Shown here piece after piece: positions 48,944 through 58,014 of a stretch of 64,000 nucleotides of DNA. Origin of the DNA: an uncultured Spirochaetales bacterium (GTDB lineage Bacteria > Spirochaetota > Spirochaetia > JABEVK01); assembly GCA_964624355.1 (NCBI GenBank), contig CAZUXL010000002.1:37485-101484 (forward strand), read 5' to 3'. Position numbers and translations under genes: made by a program. How positions within the stretch are numbered: the stretch's first letter is position 1; the number at the start of each line of letters is the position of its first letter. The notes under the pieces were generated by a model that saw only the letters and a list, made by a program, of their open reading frames with translations, was not told where the DNA came from and did no database searches.

Positions 48944-50560
48944 TTAAAGATTCAATTGACCTGAAACATAAAAACGTAATCCCGGTTCTTGGTAGGGGCT
49001 GCCGGTTTCGAATCGACCCCGGGGCATGAATAGGCTGGTCCAATCTTCCACCCCCGCTTTAATGGTAACCAATGGGCTGGGGAGAAGCTGGAATCCCAAA
49101 TCACCCCGGGGAACCTCCCAACCAGATGTATAGGAAAGGGAAATTATATGGTTTAAACGCCAGTTTGACTCCAACGGACTAATTACGGTATTCCAAGAGT
49201 ACTTTTGATCCGGTGTGGAGTAAGTAGAATTAACTTCCCGTCCCCAACGGGCTTCCCAAAAGAGCTCATTTTTCCAAAGATCAAAAAGTAGGTAATGTGC
49301 TTTGATTTCCGTGGTCCACCGGTGCCCCTCCTCAAGAGTCAGGTTTTCTAATCCTGTTAGATTATTCCAGCCTTGATTTTCATAAAGCCATCCGCCCTGG
49401 TATTGAACTTTTATTTCTGAAGACCCCAGGGTTGAAAATTTCCAGTTCAGAGAAGTCTGTCCATGGGCGGAAGCCTCTGGGAGAAGAGGGATGTTTAATG
49501 GGGATCGGATTCGGGCTATCCAGAGGTTTTTAAACCGGGAGTGGAGGAAGCCTCCTTCAATTTTCCATACCCAAGTTTCGTTTTGCCAGGTGATTTTTGA
49601 TTGGGCTGGGAAGAGGAAACTTTGTTCTTCAAATTGGGCCCCGAGGGACCCGGAAAGTGCCCATCCGCTCCCCGGGTAAAGTTTCCATCCCAAGGAAAGA
49701 TCACCCGATCCAATGGTCCAGGGGGATTGAATCTGGGAAACAAAGGACCAAATCTCCCCACTTCCCTCCAGGGTTAGTTCTCCCAGGTCCCCCAGAATCC
49801 AAAGGATGCCAGGTGAAAAGGAACCCCCACCTGCAGTGGCACTGGTGGGAATGGAACCCGCTAACACTTTCTGATCGTATTGAACCCGGCCTTGGGTCAG
49901 GAAAAACCAATCTTTTGCCAAGGGAAGGCGATATTCCCCGGAGATCCAGGCTTCCCGGCTTTCGGAGGAATGATAATCCTGTGCAAGGCGTTGGAGTCCT
50001 TGACTTACCTCCACAAGCCCCAGGTTTAAGCCCCAGGAGCGGGTGGGATCCTGGGAAATATCAAAGTTCATTTTAGTTTCCCGGGAGGAAAATCCATTAC
50101 CGGGGGTATGAAATCCTTGTCCGCTCCAAAAGGAATCCAGGGTGTTATGATTAAAATTGAGACGGAAGGGCAGCACTTTTCCTATGCGCATGAGTTCCAC
50201 ATCCAGTCCAAACCGGTAGGGGATACCTAAAGTGAGACCGAGGGAGGTAAGAAGATTCCAATCCGGCGGGAGGGCTGGTGAGCCGGAGGGAAGCAAGGCG
50301 GCGGGGGAATCTAGAAGATCTTCCAGGGTCGGATATTGTAAAGGGTTAGGGGCGGGGAGGGTGTAGGTGGCATCGGGGAGAGCCACATCCCATTCCGCAG
50401 TCCACAAACCGGAGAGCACCGGACCTTCCTTATCCTGAACCTCCAATATCATACTGGGAAGTACTAATTCAGTGTCTATTTGAGCTTCAGGACTTTGGGC
50501 TGAAATCCCGGATAAGCCAGCTAAAAGAAAAAAAACAATGGCTGTATTTTTAAGTATCAA
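48944..50560 (-). CDS. Hypothetical secreted / outer-membrane protein (538 aa) encoded with the ExbBD-TonB genes
   Basis: Signal peptide. Trp/Gly/Ser-rich beta-like composition. No recognisable family. Confidence 0.45.
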   Translation of the reverse strand: MILKNTAIVFFLLAGLSGISAQSPEAQIDTELVLPSMILEVQDKEGPVLSGLWTAEWDVALPDATYTLPAPNPLQYPTLEDLLDSPAALLPSGSPALPPDWNLLTSLGLTLGIPYRFGLDVELMRIGKVLPFRLNFNHNTLDSFWSGQGFHTPGNGFSSRETKMNFDISQDPTRSWGLNLGLVEVSQGLQRLAQDYHSSESREAWISGEYRLPLAKDWFFLTQGRVQYDQKVLAGSIPTSATAGGGSFSPGILWILGDLGELTLEGSGEIWSFVSQIQSPWTIGSGDLSLGWKLYPGSGWALSGSLGAQFEEQSFLFPAQSKITWQNETWVWKIEGGFLHSRFKNLWIARIRSPLNIPLLPEASAHGQTSLNWKFSTLGSSEIKVQYQGGWLYENQGWNNLTGLENLTLEEGHRWTTEIKAHYLLFDLWKNELFWEARWGREVNSTYSTPDQKYSWNTVISPLESNWRLNHIISLSYTSGWEVPRGDLGFQLLPSPLVTIKAGVEDWTSLFMPRGRFETGSPYQEPGLRFYVSGQLNL

Positions 50561-53412
50561 GGTTTGGCCTCCAGGAGTTCCTGGGCTTTCACCACCCAGT
50601 CTGAATCAGGAAAATTGGCCGCCAAAGCTGTGAGAATTTGTCGTCCTTGAGAAGGATTTTTAGTCAAAACCGTCATCTGTATGGCTTTGTAAAGGCTGGA
50701 TGCCGTGAGGTCCCTATCTGTGGATCTGTAGGAAAGGACTTTTAAAAAGGCCTCTCCCGCAGTTTTATACTGACTGCGCCTGAACCAGTATTCCCCAATC
50801 CAGTATTGGGCGGAGGCCGAGGCTTGAGTATCTCCCTTGGTTTGCACTTGATCCAAGAGAATTTTTCCCTCTTCCTGTTTTCCTTGCAATAAATAGTATC
50901 GAGCTAAGGCTACTTGAGCTTGACGTCCTTCAGGGGTTGAAAGGTCTACCAAAGCTTTGAGTTTACTTTCCGTTTCGCTGGCCCCTTCTTGAATTAATCG
51001 TACTTCTTGGAGCCTCCGGTCCAGATTATAGGTCGCTGCTGTGCCAGGGTCTTCTTGTTTAAGTCTTGTCCACAGTTCTTTGGCAAGGGAATAATCCCCG
51101 GTGGTAAAGTAGAGTTGTCCTGTTTCAAATAGGGCGATTCCCCGGAAGGGACTGGATTTGTGGTTTTCTATGAGTTCCATCCAAGCCAGTACCGCTCCGT
51201 AGGGTTGTCCCAGGGCTAATTGGGCCGCAGCACTTTGATGGAGAACTCTGTCTTTACCGGAACCTTTGGGGTAATGGCTGCGATATTGGACGGCAGCTGA
51301 CACGGTCCTAGCCCAATCTTTGGAATCAAAGGCCGATTCCACAATTTTACCCAATGACTCTTCTCCCTGGGGAGAGAGGGGGAATCGGTTTTCGGTCTCC
51401 TGGAGGAGTTCCAGATATCCCGGAAGGTCATTTTGTGTTTTTTTCAGAAGGGCGGCTTCCAAAAGGGCCTGGGCACTCCAAAGTCCTGGTGGTCTGGCTC
51501 TTCCCAGGTCCAAGTAGGCTTGTAATGCAAGATTATGCTTACTCTGAGCCTCCAGGCATCGGGCCAGATATAAAGGGGCTTGGAGTGATTCTTGGGATTT
51601 ACCGCTGGACATGAGCTGACGGAATAAGGTCTCGGCTTCGGTCCATTTTTTTAAACTCATGGCGGTCCAACCGCCCCAGTATAGGGCTTTCTCAATAAAT
51701 TCGCTTTTTGGAAATTCTTTCACCAGGGTAGAAAAATAGGAGAAAGCCTTACCGGTATCGGAATTTTCCAACTTGAACGCTGACCACCCAGCGTAGTAAT
51801 AAATGTAGGGTAGAAGTTCTGATCGTTTGGGAAAATCGGAAATCTTTAAAAGATCCTCCAGGGTACTCAAAGCCCTGGTGAAGTTTTTTTGACCAATGAG
51901 TGCCAGGGACCGCAAATATCGATTTTGAGGGTAGATTCCAGGATTGCGTGTTTTTAAATCTGGAGCTGCTTTATCCCAAGAGTCCAGAAGATTAAGGGCT
52001 TCCCGCGAATCTTGTTTTTGGAGAGCCATGGAAATGCTGGCAATTTGAATGCTCGGGTTGCTGGGATCCAAGAGAAGAAGGGTCTTCCTAGTTTCCTCAG
52101 CCTGGGGTTTCAATTGAAGGGTGTTTTCTAATTGCCCTTGAAGGCTAAGCCATGGGAGCAGAAGGTTTTTTTCCTTGGGTTTTAAGGTGGGATCCAAGAG
52201 ATCTAAGGCTGCTCTCGGTTGTCCCATTTTTGCCAGGGCGTACGCTCGGAAAAAAGCCCTGTTGCTTGCTTGAATCCCTTGGGTGGGGGCAAGGAGACTA
52301 TAATACTTCAAGGCCTCGGGGTAATTTTCCACCTTTAGACTCAGAGAAGCCATTTTTTCCAGGAGTAAGTCCTGAGGTTCTTGCTTTCTGGCTAGAAGGC
52401 TGGCGGTCAATTCTAAAGCCTTAACCCCCTGGGAGGATTTTTCCAATTCCGCAACCAGGTAAAGTCCCCCTAGACCTGCGGCGGAATTGGAATCAATTGA
52501 GACCGATTCTTCCAGTAGTTTTAAAGCTTCTGGAAGGCGGCCGGTTTGATAATAAAGAATCCCTAAACGGGTTTGGAGTTCCGCCAAGAGACCCGGTTGG
52601 TTTTGGAGCCTTAATTTTGCCCCTGCCAGAATTCTACCCAATTCCTGGGTTTTTTTTTCCGTTTCATAATACTGAAAAAGTCTAATGTAGGCAGAAACGG
52701 TGAGGCTTCCAGTGCCTAAAATCAAACCGTTCCAAAGCTCAGCGGCCCCAGGTTTATTTCCCAGAGTCCAGAAGGCTTCCGCTTTTTCCCATATCAACCG
52801 TTGTTTTGAGTCTTCCGGCCAGGTTTCAGCGACTTCCAAGGTGGGAATAAGTACCTGTCGACCGGTACGGTTATATATTTGTGCCAAGAGAAGTTGGGGC
52901 TGGGGAGATTCTAAATATGACCTTCCCTTTTGTATCTTGAAGGTTTCCAAGGCCGATAGAGCCGTCTCCCACTGTCCCGCTAAGGCCCTGGCTCTTCCCA
53001 GATGGTACCAGAAATCGGCTCCAATCTCCGCAGAAAAAGAAGTGAGTTTTTCTAACCCTGCTAATGCAAGGTCGAGTTTTTTTGATTCCAAAAGCAGGTA
53101 GGATTTCCAGAATTGGGCTTGCACATTATTGAGTTGGGGATACCGTAGGAGAGCGGCCTCTAAAGTGCGTCCTGCCTCTTCATTACGACTTAACCGGATC
53201 AATCCGAGGGTGTTTTTCCATGCGGCGGAAGGCGCCAGTGGAGACATGGGATTTTGGGAAAGGAGATTTTGATACCGTTCCAAGGCCGCATCGATCCGGC
53301 CCTCCTGCCAAAGGCGCTCGCCTTGGAGGAAAATTTCTTGGTCGGTCACTTGGGCATGTAAGAAACTACCCCAGGAGACACTCAAAAGAAAAAGTATGAA
53401 CAATTTTTTCAT
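50557..53412 (-). CDS. Large secreted TPR-repeat protein (951 aa)
   Basis: Signal peptide. Repeated 34-residue W-LG-Y / A-F-P TPR-like units throughout. 4 nt overlap with the downstream OMP gene. Confidence 0.75.
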   Translation of the reverse strand: MKKLFILFLLSVSWGSFLHAQVTDQEIFLQGERLWQEGRIDAALERYQNLLSQNPMSPLAPSAAWKNTLGLIRLSRNEEAGRTLEAALLRYPQLNNVQAQFWKSYLLLESKKLDLALAGLEKLTSFSAEIGADFWYHLGRARALAGQWETALSALETFKIQKGRSYLESPQPQLLLAQIYNRTGRQVLIPTLEVAETWPEDSKQRLIWEKAEAFWTLGNKPGAAELWNGLILGTGSLTVSAYIRLFQYYETEKKTQELGRILAGAKLRLQNQPGLLAELQTRLGILYYQTGRLPEALKLLEESVSIDSNSAAGLGGLYLVAELEKSSQGVKALELTASLLARKQEPQDLLLEKMASLSLKVENYPEALKYYSLLAPTQGIQASNRAFFRAYALAKMGQPRAALDLLDPTLKPKEKNLLLPWLSLQGQLENTLQLKPQAEETRKTLLLLDPSNPSIQIASISMALQKQDSREALNLLDSWDKAAPDLKTRNPGIYPQNRYLRSLALIGQKNFTRALSTLEDLLKISDFPKRSELLPYIYYYAGWSAFKLENSDTGKAFSYFSTLVKEFPKSEFIEKALYWGGWTAMSLKKWTEAETLFRQLMSSGKSQESLQAPLYLARCLEAQSKHNLALQAYLDLGRARPPGLWSAQALLEAALLKKTQNDLPGYLELLQETENRFPLSPQGEESLGKIVESAFDSKDWARTVSAAVQYRSHYPKGSGKDRVLHQSAAAQLALGQPYGAVLAWMELIENHKSSPFRGIALFETGQLYFTTGDYSLAKELWTRLKQEDPGTAATYNLDRRLQEVRLIQEGASETESKLKALVDLSTPEGRQAQVALARYYLLQGKQEEGKILLDQVQTKGDTQASASAQYWIGEYWFRRSQYKTAGEAFLKVLSYRSTDRDLTASSLYKAIQMTVLTKNPSQGRQILTALAANFPDSDWVVKAQELLEAKP

Positions 53413-53503
53413 TGCTTTAGTTTACTCCCAAGGAAAATGATTACAAGTCAATATACAAACAAAACACTTTCTTTCATAATAATTACATTACAATCTAACC
53501 AGG

Positions 53504-53959
53504 ATGGGAATGAAAGTCATACGAAACTTTTATATTGGAATTGTTCTAATTTTATTCCTTCCTCTAATGAACATCTTTAGTCAAGAAGAAGAAGCGGAAA
53601 AAATAGTTCTGACCAGCCTGGTAACAGCCCGGTTAAAAAATAATCTTCCAGTCTTGACCTTGGATGAGCAGTTAATAAAAACAGCCAGGGACTACTCAAA
53701 AGAGCTGGCATTCCGGGGAGCCCTCTCCCATAGGGATCTCCGGGGAGGACGGGCGGCGGAGCGGTTTGCCTGGACACGGCGAACGGTAATTCTAGGGGAA
53801 ATTTTAGGAGCCGGAGAGGATTTGACCTCCTTAACACCAGCCTGGTTAAACTCTCCAGGTCATAGGAAAATACTTTTGGGGACTCAGTGGAAGGCTTGGG
53901 GCTTGGGGGTGACTCTCCAGGGTAAGGTCTGGATAGCCGTGGTGCTTTTTTTAGAATGA
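53504..53959 (+). CDS. Secreted CAP/SCP/PR-1 domain protein
   Basis: Signal peptide. CAP motifs (...SHRDLRGG...GHRKILLGTQWKAWGLGV). Confidence 0.6.
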   Translation: MGMKVIRNFYIGIVLILFLPLMNIFSQEEEAEKIVLTSLVTARLKNNLPVLTLDEQLIKTARDYSKELAFRGALSHRDLRGGRAAERFAWTRRTVILGEILGAGEDLTSLTPAWLNSPGHRKILLGTQWKAWGLGVTLQGKVWIAVVLFLE

Positions 53960-54016
53960 GAAATTCACCAACTTGACACACCGAATCAATTACGATATGT
54001 TATTTCCATCATTAAC

Positions 54017-54090
54017 GGGCGCTTAGCTCAGCTGGTTAGAGCGTCTGCTTTACACGCAGAATGTCGGGGGTTCGAATCCCTCAGCGCCCA
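54017..54090 (+). tRNA. tRNA-Val (anticodon TAC)
   Basis: Acceptor GGGCGCT/AGCGCCC. D-arm GCTCAGCTGGTTAGAGC. Anticodon loop TTTACAC. T-arm GGGGG-TTCGAAT-CCCTC. Confidence 0.85.
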
Positions 54091-54180
54091 TGTTTAATTT
54101 ATTATGGCATATAGACATATTGAAACGTCTGTATGCCTTTTTTTATGCCCCCACAGTTTGGGGCTTTAAGTTTGGATAAA

Positions 54181-54208
54181 TAAAAAGGCTGACCTTTTAG
54201 GTCAGCCT
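54181..54208 (-). terminator. Rho-independent terminator downstream of the ABC ATPase gene
   Basis: Perfect hairpin aaggctgacct/aggtcagcctt followed, on the minus strand, by TTTTTATTTAT. Confidence 0.5.
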
Positions 54209-54232
54209 TCCTACTATTATGCTTTTCGAGAC

Positions 54233-55351
54233 TTAGAGAGTCTTGGAAGCTTCTTCGTTGAACATAATAGACTTGTCAGTCTCGGTGTCAAAGTAATGAC
54301 ATTTTTTCAAATCAGGAACCAGGGTTACATTCTCACCCACATGGAAGTGGTGATGAGGTTCTACCTTGGCGATGAGCTGATGGTTGTCGGTGGCCACAAA
54401 GAGATGAATTTCCGCACCCAGGGGCTCAATAACTTCTACCCGGGTGTTCATGGAATTTTTGGTAGCCCCTTCGGTGAGTTTTAGATCCTCAGAACGGATA
54501 CCCAGGATTATTTCTTTTCCCGCGTAAGGTTTGAGGGCGGCAGCTTGAGCTCCCTCGGTGACTAGGGTGAAATTTCCTTCTTCCAGAACAATTTTACCCG
54601 CATCATCCTTCACCATCACGGTGAGCATGTTCATGGGTGGTGATCCGATAAATCCTGCAACAAATCGGTTGATGGGATTGTTGTACATTCCCAATGGTGT
54701 TCCAATCTGCTGAACCACGCCGTCTTTCATGACCACAATCTTATCACCCATGGTCATAGCTTCGACCTGGTCATGGGTCACGTAAATCATGGTTGCCTGG
54801 AGGCGGGTGTGAAGTCCGGAGATCTCAGCACGCATCTGAACCCGGAGCTTGGCGTCCAAGTTGGATAATGGTTCGTCGAAAAGGAAAACCTTGGGTTTTC
54901 GCACAATAGCCCGACCCACGGCCACTCGCTGACGCTGACCTCCGGAGAGGGCTTTTGGCTTACGATCCAAGAGGGACTGGATTTCCAAAATGGAAGCCGC
55001 TTCACCCACCCGGTTGTTGATTTCTTCCTGGGAATATTTACGGATTCTCAGACCAAATGCCATGTTTTCAAAAACAGACATGTGGGGATAGAGGGCGTAA
55101 TTCTGAAACACCATGGCGATATCCCGATCTTTGGGAGCCACGTCGTTCATCAGTCGGCCGTCGATAGTTAATTCACCGTCGGAAATATCTTCCAAACCGG
55201 CAACCATTCGCAAGGTAGTGGATTTTCCGCAACCGGAGGGTCCCACAAGCACGACGAATTCCTTATCCTTAATAGTAATGTTCACCCGATCAACGGCCAG
55301 AACATCCCCCTCATAAACCTTAGTAATATCCTTCAATAGCACTTCTGCCAT
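54233..55351 (-). CDS. ABC transporter ATP-binding protein, MalK/UgpC/MsmX-type with a C-terminal TOBE domain
   Basis: Walker A GPSGCGKST. Q-loop. Signature LSGGQRQR. Walker B LFDEPLSNLD. About 130 aa C-terminal regulatory domain. Confidence 0.9.
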   Translation of the reverse strand: MAEVLLKDITKVYEGDVLAVDRVNITIKDKEFVVLVGPSGCGKSTTLRMVAGLEDISDGELTIDGRLMNDVAPKDRDIAMVFQNYALYPHMSVFENMAFGLRIRKYSQEEINNRVGEAASILEIQSLLDRKPKALSGGQRQRVAVGRAIVRKPKVFLFDEPLSNLDAKLRVQMRAEISGLHTRLQATMIYVTHDQVEAMTMGDKIVVMKDGVVQQIGTPLGMYNNPINRFVAGFIGSPPMNMLTVMVKDDAGKIVLEEGNFTLVTEGAQAAALKPYAGKEIILGIRSEDLKLTEGATKNSMNTRVEVIEPLGAEIHLFVATDNHQLIAKVEPHHHFHVGENVTLVPDLKKCHYFDTETDKSIMFNEEASKTL

Positions 55352-55408
55352 GGTATACCTCCATGAAATTATATTATTTTATGATATTACATCCTCATTT
55401 CAGGACTG

Positions 55409-56629
55409 TCAACGTTTTCTTTCTTGTTCCCAACGAAGGTAAACATCTGTGAGACTGGGGTATTCGGAGTTTTGTAACTTTTTATTCAGCCATGGATAGA
55501 TTAGTTCCCCATATAGAATATTCCATTCTGCAGGTAAGGGCGGCGGAAATTCGATGGCGTTGCCAGGGGGGATAAGTCCTATCAATCGGGTATCGGCCTC
55601 AGGGATATATTTTTCACTCACATCACGCAAGGAGGATAATCCACCGGCGATCCCAAAGGATTTTACTTGATTTTTTTTACCATAATCTAAGATCTCGATC
55701 TGTGTCTTGGTTCTTAAGAGCCAGGAAGAGAAGTCTTCTGCGGCCTCTCGGGATTTCCCTTGAGACGGGATCCCTAGAAATACCACATGGGAAAGGGCCA
55801 TTACCCTATTCTCCATAGCAGGATACCTGAAATCCAACTGGGCAGACTGGTTGACAGGAAGATTCAGGTAGTTTTTTAAATCTGAGGGATAAAAGAGTAT
55901 TCTATTATCTGTCAATAATCGGAAACCATGTCCCGGAAGGTATTTTGAGGTGAATTGATCCTCAAAAACCGTGGCATTATTCTCCCGGGATTTGCCTAAA
56001 AAACCCAGAGCTTGAGTGAGGGCATCCTCATTCCAATTCAAAGGGCCCCCCATAGGATAGCGGATATCCACTTTATAACGGAATAGAATACTGGCCATTT
56101 GGTCTTCTCCCCATCGAAGGCTGTAACCCAAGTTGGGGGGATTTCTGTTGGGTTTATTAAATTTTACGCTGAAGGCTTCAATGTCGGGAAAGTTGATCCA
56201 CAAACCGGATAATTCTGAAGAGAATGTGGTTTTAAGTCCTAAGATCACGGGAAGGTTAAAACATATGGGGAGAAGAATTTGGCTGCTTCCCGCTTTTCCC
56301 ATATCCAAAAGACCGGGATAAAAATTGTCCTGGGACTGGGATGCCCGGCCAAAAACGAAATCCAGAGTGGTGAACTTGTCTCGATTTCCCAGGGGAGAGA
56401 GATTCCTGCTGACCAAAAGGTCCGGGATGTTTTGAGAATATCTGATCCGGGACCCAGGATCGGGATGAAATTCCGTCGAGATCCTGTAGGATCCTTGGGA
56501 GGCATTGTAAAGTTCGGCATAGAGGGCCATTTCCGGTATATCGGTTACCATTACACTCACCCGCGACCCCGAGGAGCACGAGGCGAGGAGGACACCCAGG
56601 AGAAAAAAAACTATTCTACTGGGGGCCAT
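55409..56629 (-). CDS. Putative lipoprotein, possibly the solute-binding component of the adjacent ABC ATPase. Start trimmed to the internal Met before the lipobox.
   Basis: Lipobox LLASC. About 400 aa mature protein with no recognisable domain. Immediately upstream of the ABC ATPase gene on the same strand. Confidence 0.35.
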   Translation of the reverse strand: MAPSRIVFFLLGVLLASCSSGSRVSVMVTDIPEMALYAELYNASQGSYRISTEFHPDPGSRIRYSQNIPDLLVSRNLSPLGNRDKFTTLDFVFGRASQSQDNFYPGLLDMGKAGSSQILLPICFNLPVILGLKTTFSSELSGLWINFPDIEAFSVKFNKPNRNPPNLGYSLRWGEDQMASILFRYKVDIRYPMGGPLNWNEDALTQALGFLGKSRENNATVFEDQFTSKYLPGHGFRLLTDNRILFYPSDLKNYLNLPVNQSAQLDFRYPAMENRVMALSHVVFLGIPSQGKSREAAEDFSSWLLRTKTQIEILDYGKKNQVKSFGIAGGLSSLRDVSEKYIPEADTRLIGLIPPGNAIEFPPPLPAEWNILYGELIYPWLNKKLQNSEYPSLTDVYLRWEQERKR

Positions 56630-57917
56630 AAAGTTCGTCGGCACACTTGAAAACGGTTTGATAGAGGGTTTTAATGTCCCGGTTATCCACACTGGCGTAG
56701 GCGATTCTTAAAAACCGGTCTCCCAGGGCGATGGTTCCGATGCCCTCATTTTTAAGCAGGTACTTCCTGAGCTCCTCCGCATTTCCTCTCTCCAGTTCAA
56801 AGCACATGAAATAACCGGAGTTGAAGGGGAGGGCTCTCATGACCTTACCAGTTTGCCTAGTTTCCAGGATTTTTTTTACTGTCCGAAACCGTTCTTCCAA
56901 GGCCTGGGCATACTTTGTTTTAATCCCATGATAAATGAGGCTGGATAACTCCTTGTACAAAAGGGTTTGTCCCACCCGACTGGAAGAAGATATGGAGGCG
57001 CGGATTGCACCGTTGATTTTCCCGTCCAAGGCTACAAACTGATCTTGAGTTAATCCCCGGGCACCCAGGGTAATGAACCCGACTCGAAAGCCCCAGACGT
57101 AGTCTTCCTTTGTAGCCCCATCCACCTTCACCGCCAGAATTTTTTCATGGGCATCGTAGAGTAGACCGAATATGGACTGTTTAAACACATCTTCATCGTA
57201 GAAAAGTCCAAAGTAGGCATCATCGCAAATAATAATAAGATCCGTACCTTTGGCGGCGATGGCTTTAAGATGGGCGGCCAGGGCTAAGGCCTCGGATTTT
57301 ACCGGAGTATATCCCGTGGGATTGTGGGGGAAATTGAGGATGATCACAGCTTTCGCAGGTGATCCCTGGGCTTCAATGGTCCGGCCTATGGATTCCAGAT
57401 CCAAGGCGTTTCCGGGGGTAAACATTTTGTAAGGAACGACTTTAGCAAACCGTTTTGTTTCGAAAATTAGGGGGTAATTGTCCCAGCAAAGATCGGGAAT
57501 CAGGACCAGATCCCCTTCATCCACAAAAAGATCCGCAGCCTGGGACAGGCCGTTGGTGATCCCGGGTACCACAGCGGGAAGACTAATTTTATCCTCTTCC
57601 AGCAGGGGATTTTTTCGCAGAAGTTCCTCTTTCCAGAGATTTCTGAGTTTCAAATCCCCAGCGGTAGGGGCGTAGGATACGGCCTCTGTAGGGGATAGGC
57701 GGGGGAGATTGTCCTGAATCGTGGGAAGGATCATGGGCTCTCCATCCACGTAGGCCATACCCACAGTAGCATTGAATGTGGTGGCCAGTTTCCCTGCTTC
57801 ACTAGCCTGGGCGACGATACCTTTGGGGAAATACAATTCCCGACCGTACCGGCTCAAGGAACGTCCTACCACGCAAGTGTCGAGAATCTTATTCCATTCT
57901 TCTGCAATTTTATTCAT
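56616..57917 (-). CDS. PLP-dependent aminotransferase, class I/II
   Basis: NFPHNPTGY motif (the NPxNPTG pattern) and an aminotransferase-like fold. 433 aa. Confidence 0.75.
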   Translation of the reverse strand: MNKIAEEWNKILDTCVVGRSLSRYGRELYFPKGIVAQASEAGKLATTFNATVGMAYVDGEPMILPTIQDNLPRLSPTEAVSYAPTAGDLKLRNLWKEELLRKNPLLEEDKISLPAVVPGITNGLSQAADLFVDEGDLVLIPDLCWDNYPLIFETKRFAKVVPYKMFTPGNALDLESIGRTIEAQGSPAKAVIILNFPHNPTGYTPVKSEALALAAHLKAIAAKGTDLIIICDDAYFGLFYDEDVFKQSIFGLLYDAHEKILAVKVDGATKEDYVWGFRVGFITLGARGLTQDQFVALDGKINGAIRASISSSSRVGQTLLYKELSSLIYHGIKTKYAQALEERFRTVKKILETRQTGKVMRALPFNSGYFMCFELERGNAEELRKYLLKNEGIGTIALGDRFLRIAYASVDNRDIKTLYQTVFKCADELYGPQ

Positions 57918-58014
57918 GGATTCAGCGTAGCCTTTTCTTTTCTTTTATGTCAATAATCCGTGACAGCCGTTGACAGGGACTGGTCACTGCCCTAGATTTA
58001 CACAAGGATTTAAC

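Noticed and set aside
52630-52640. T9 and G8 homopolymer tracts in the TPR, murE-adjacent and M28-like genes, considered as phase-variation sites
   Set aside because: Tracts of 8–9 nt are frequent here because of GGG/CCC/AAA codon preference. Only the C10 in tonB stands out enough to report.
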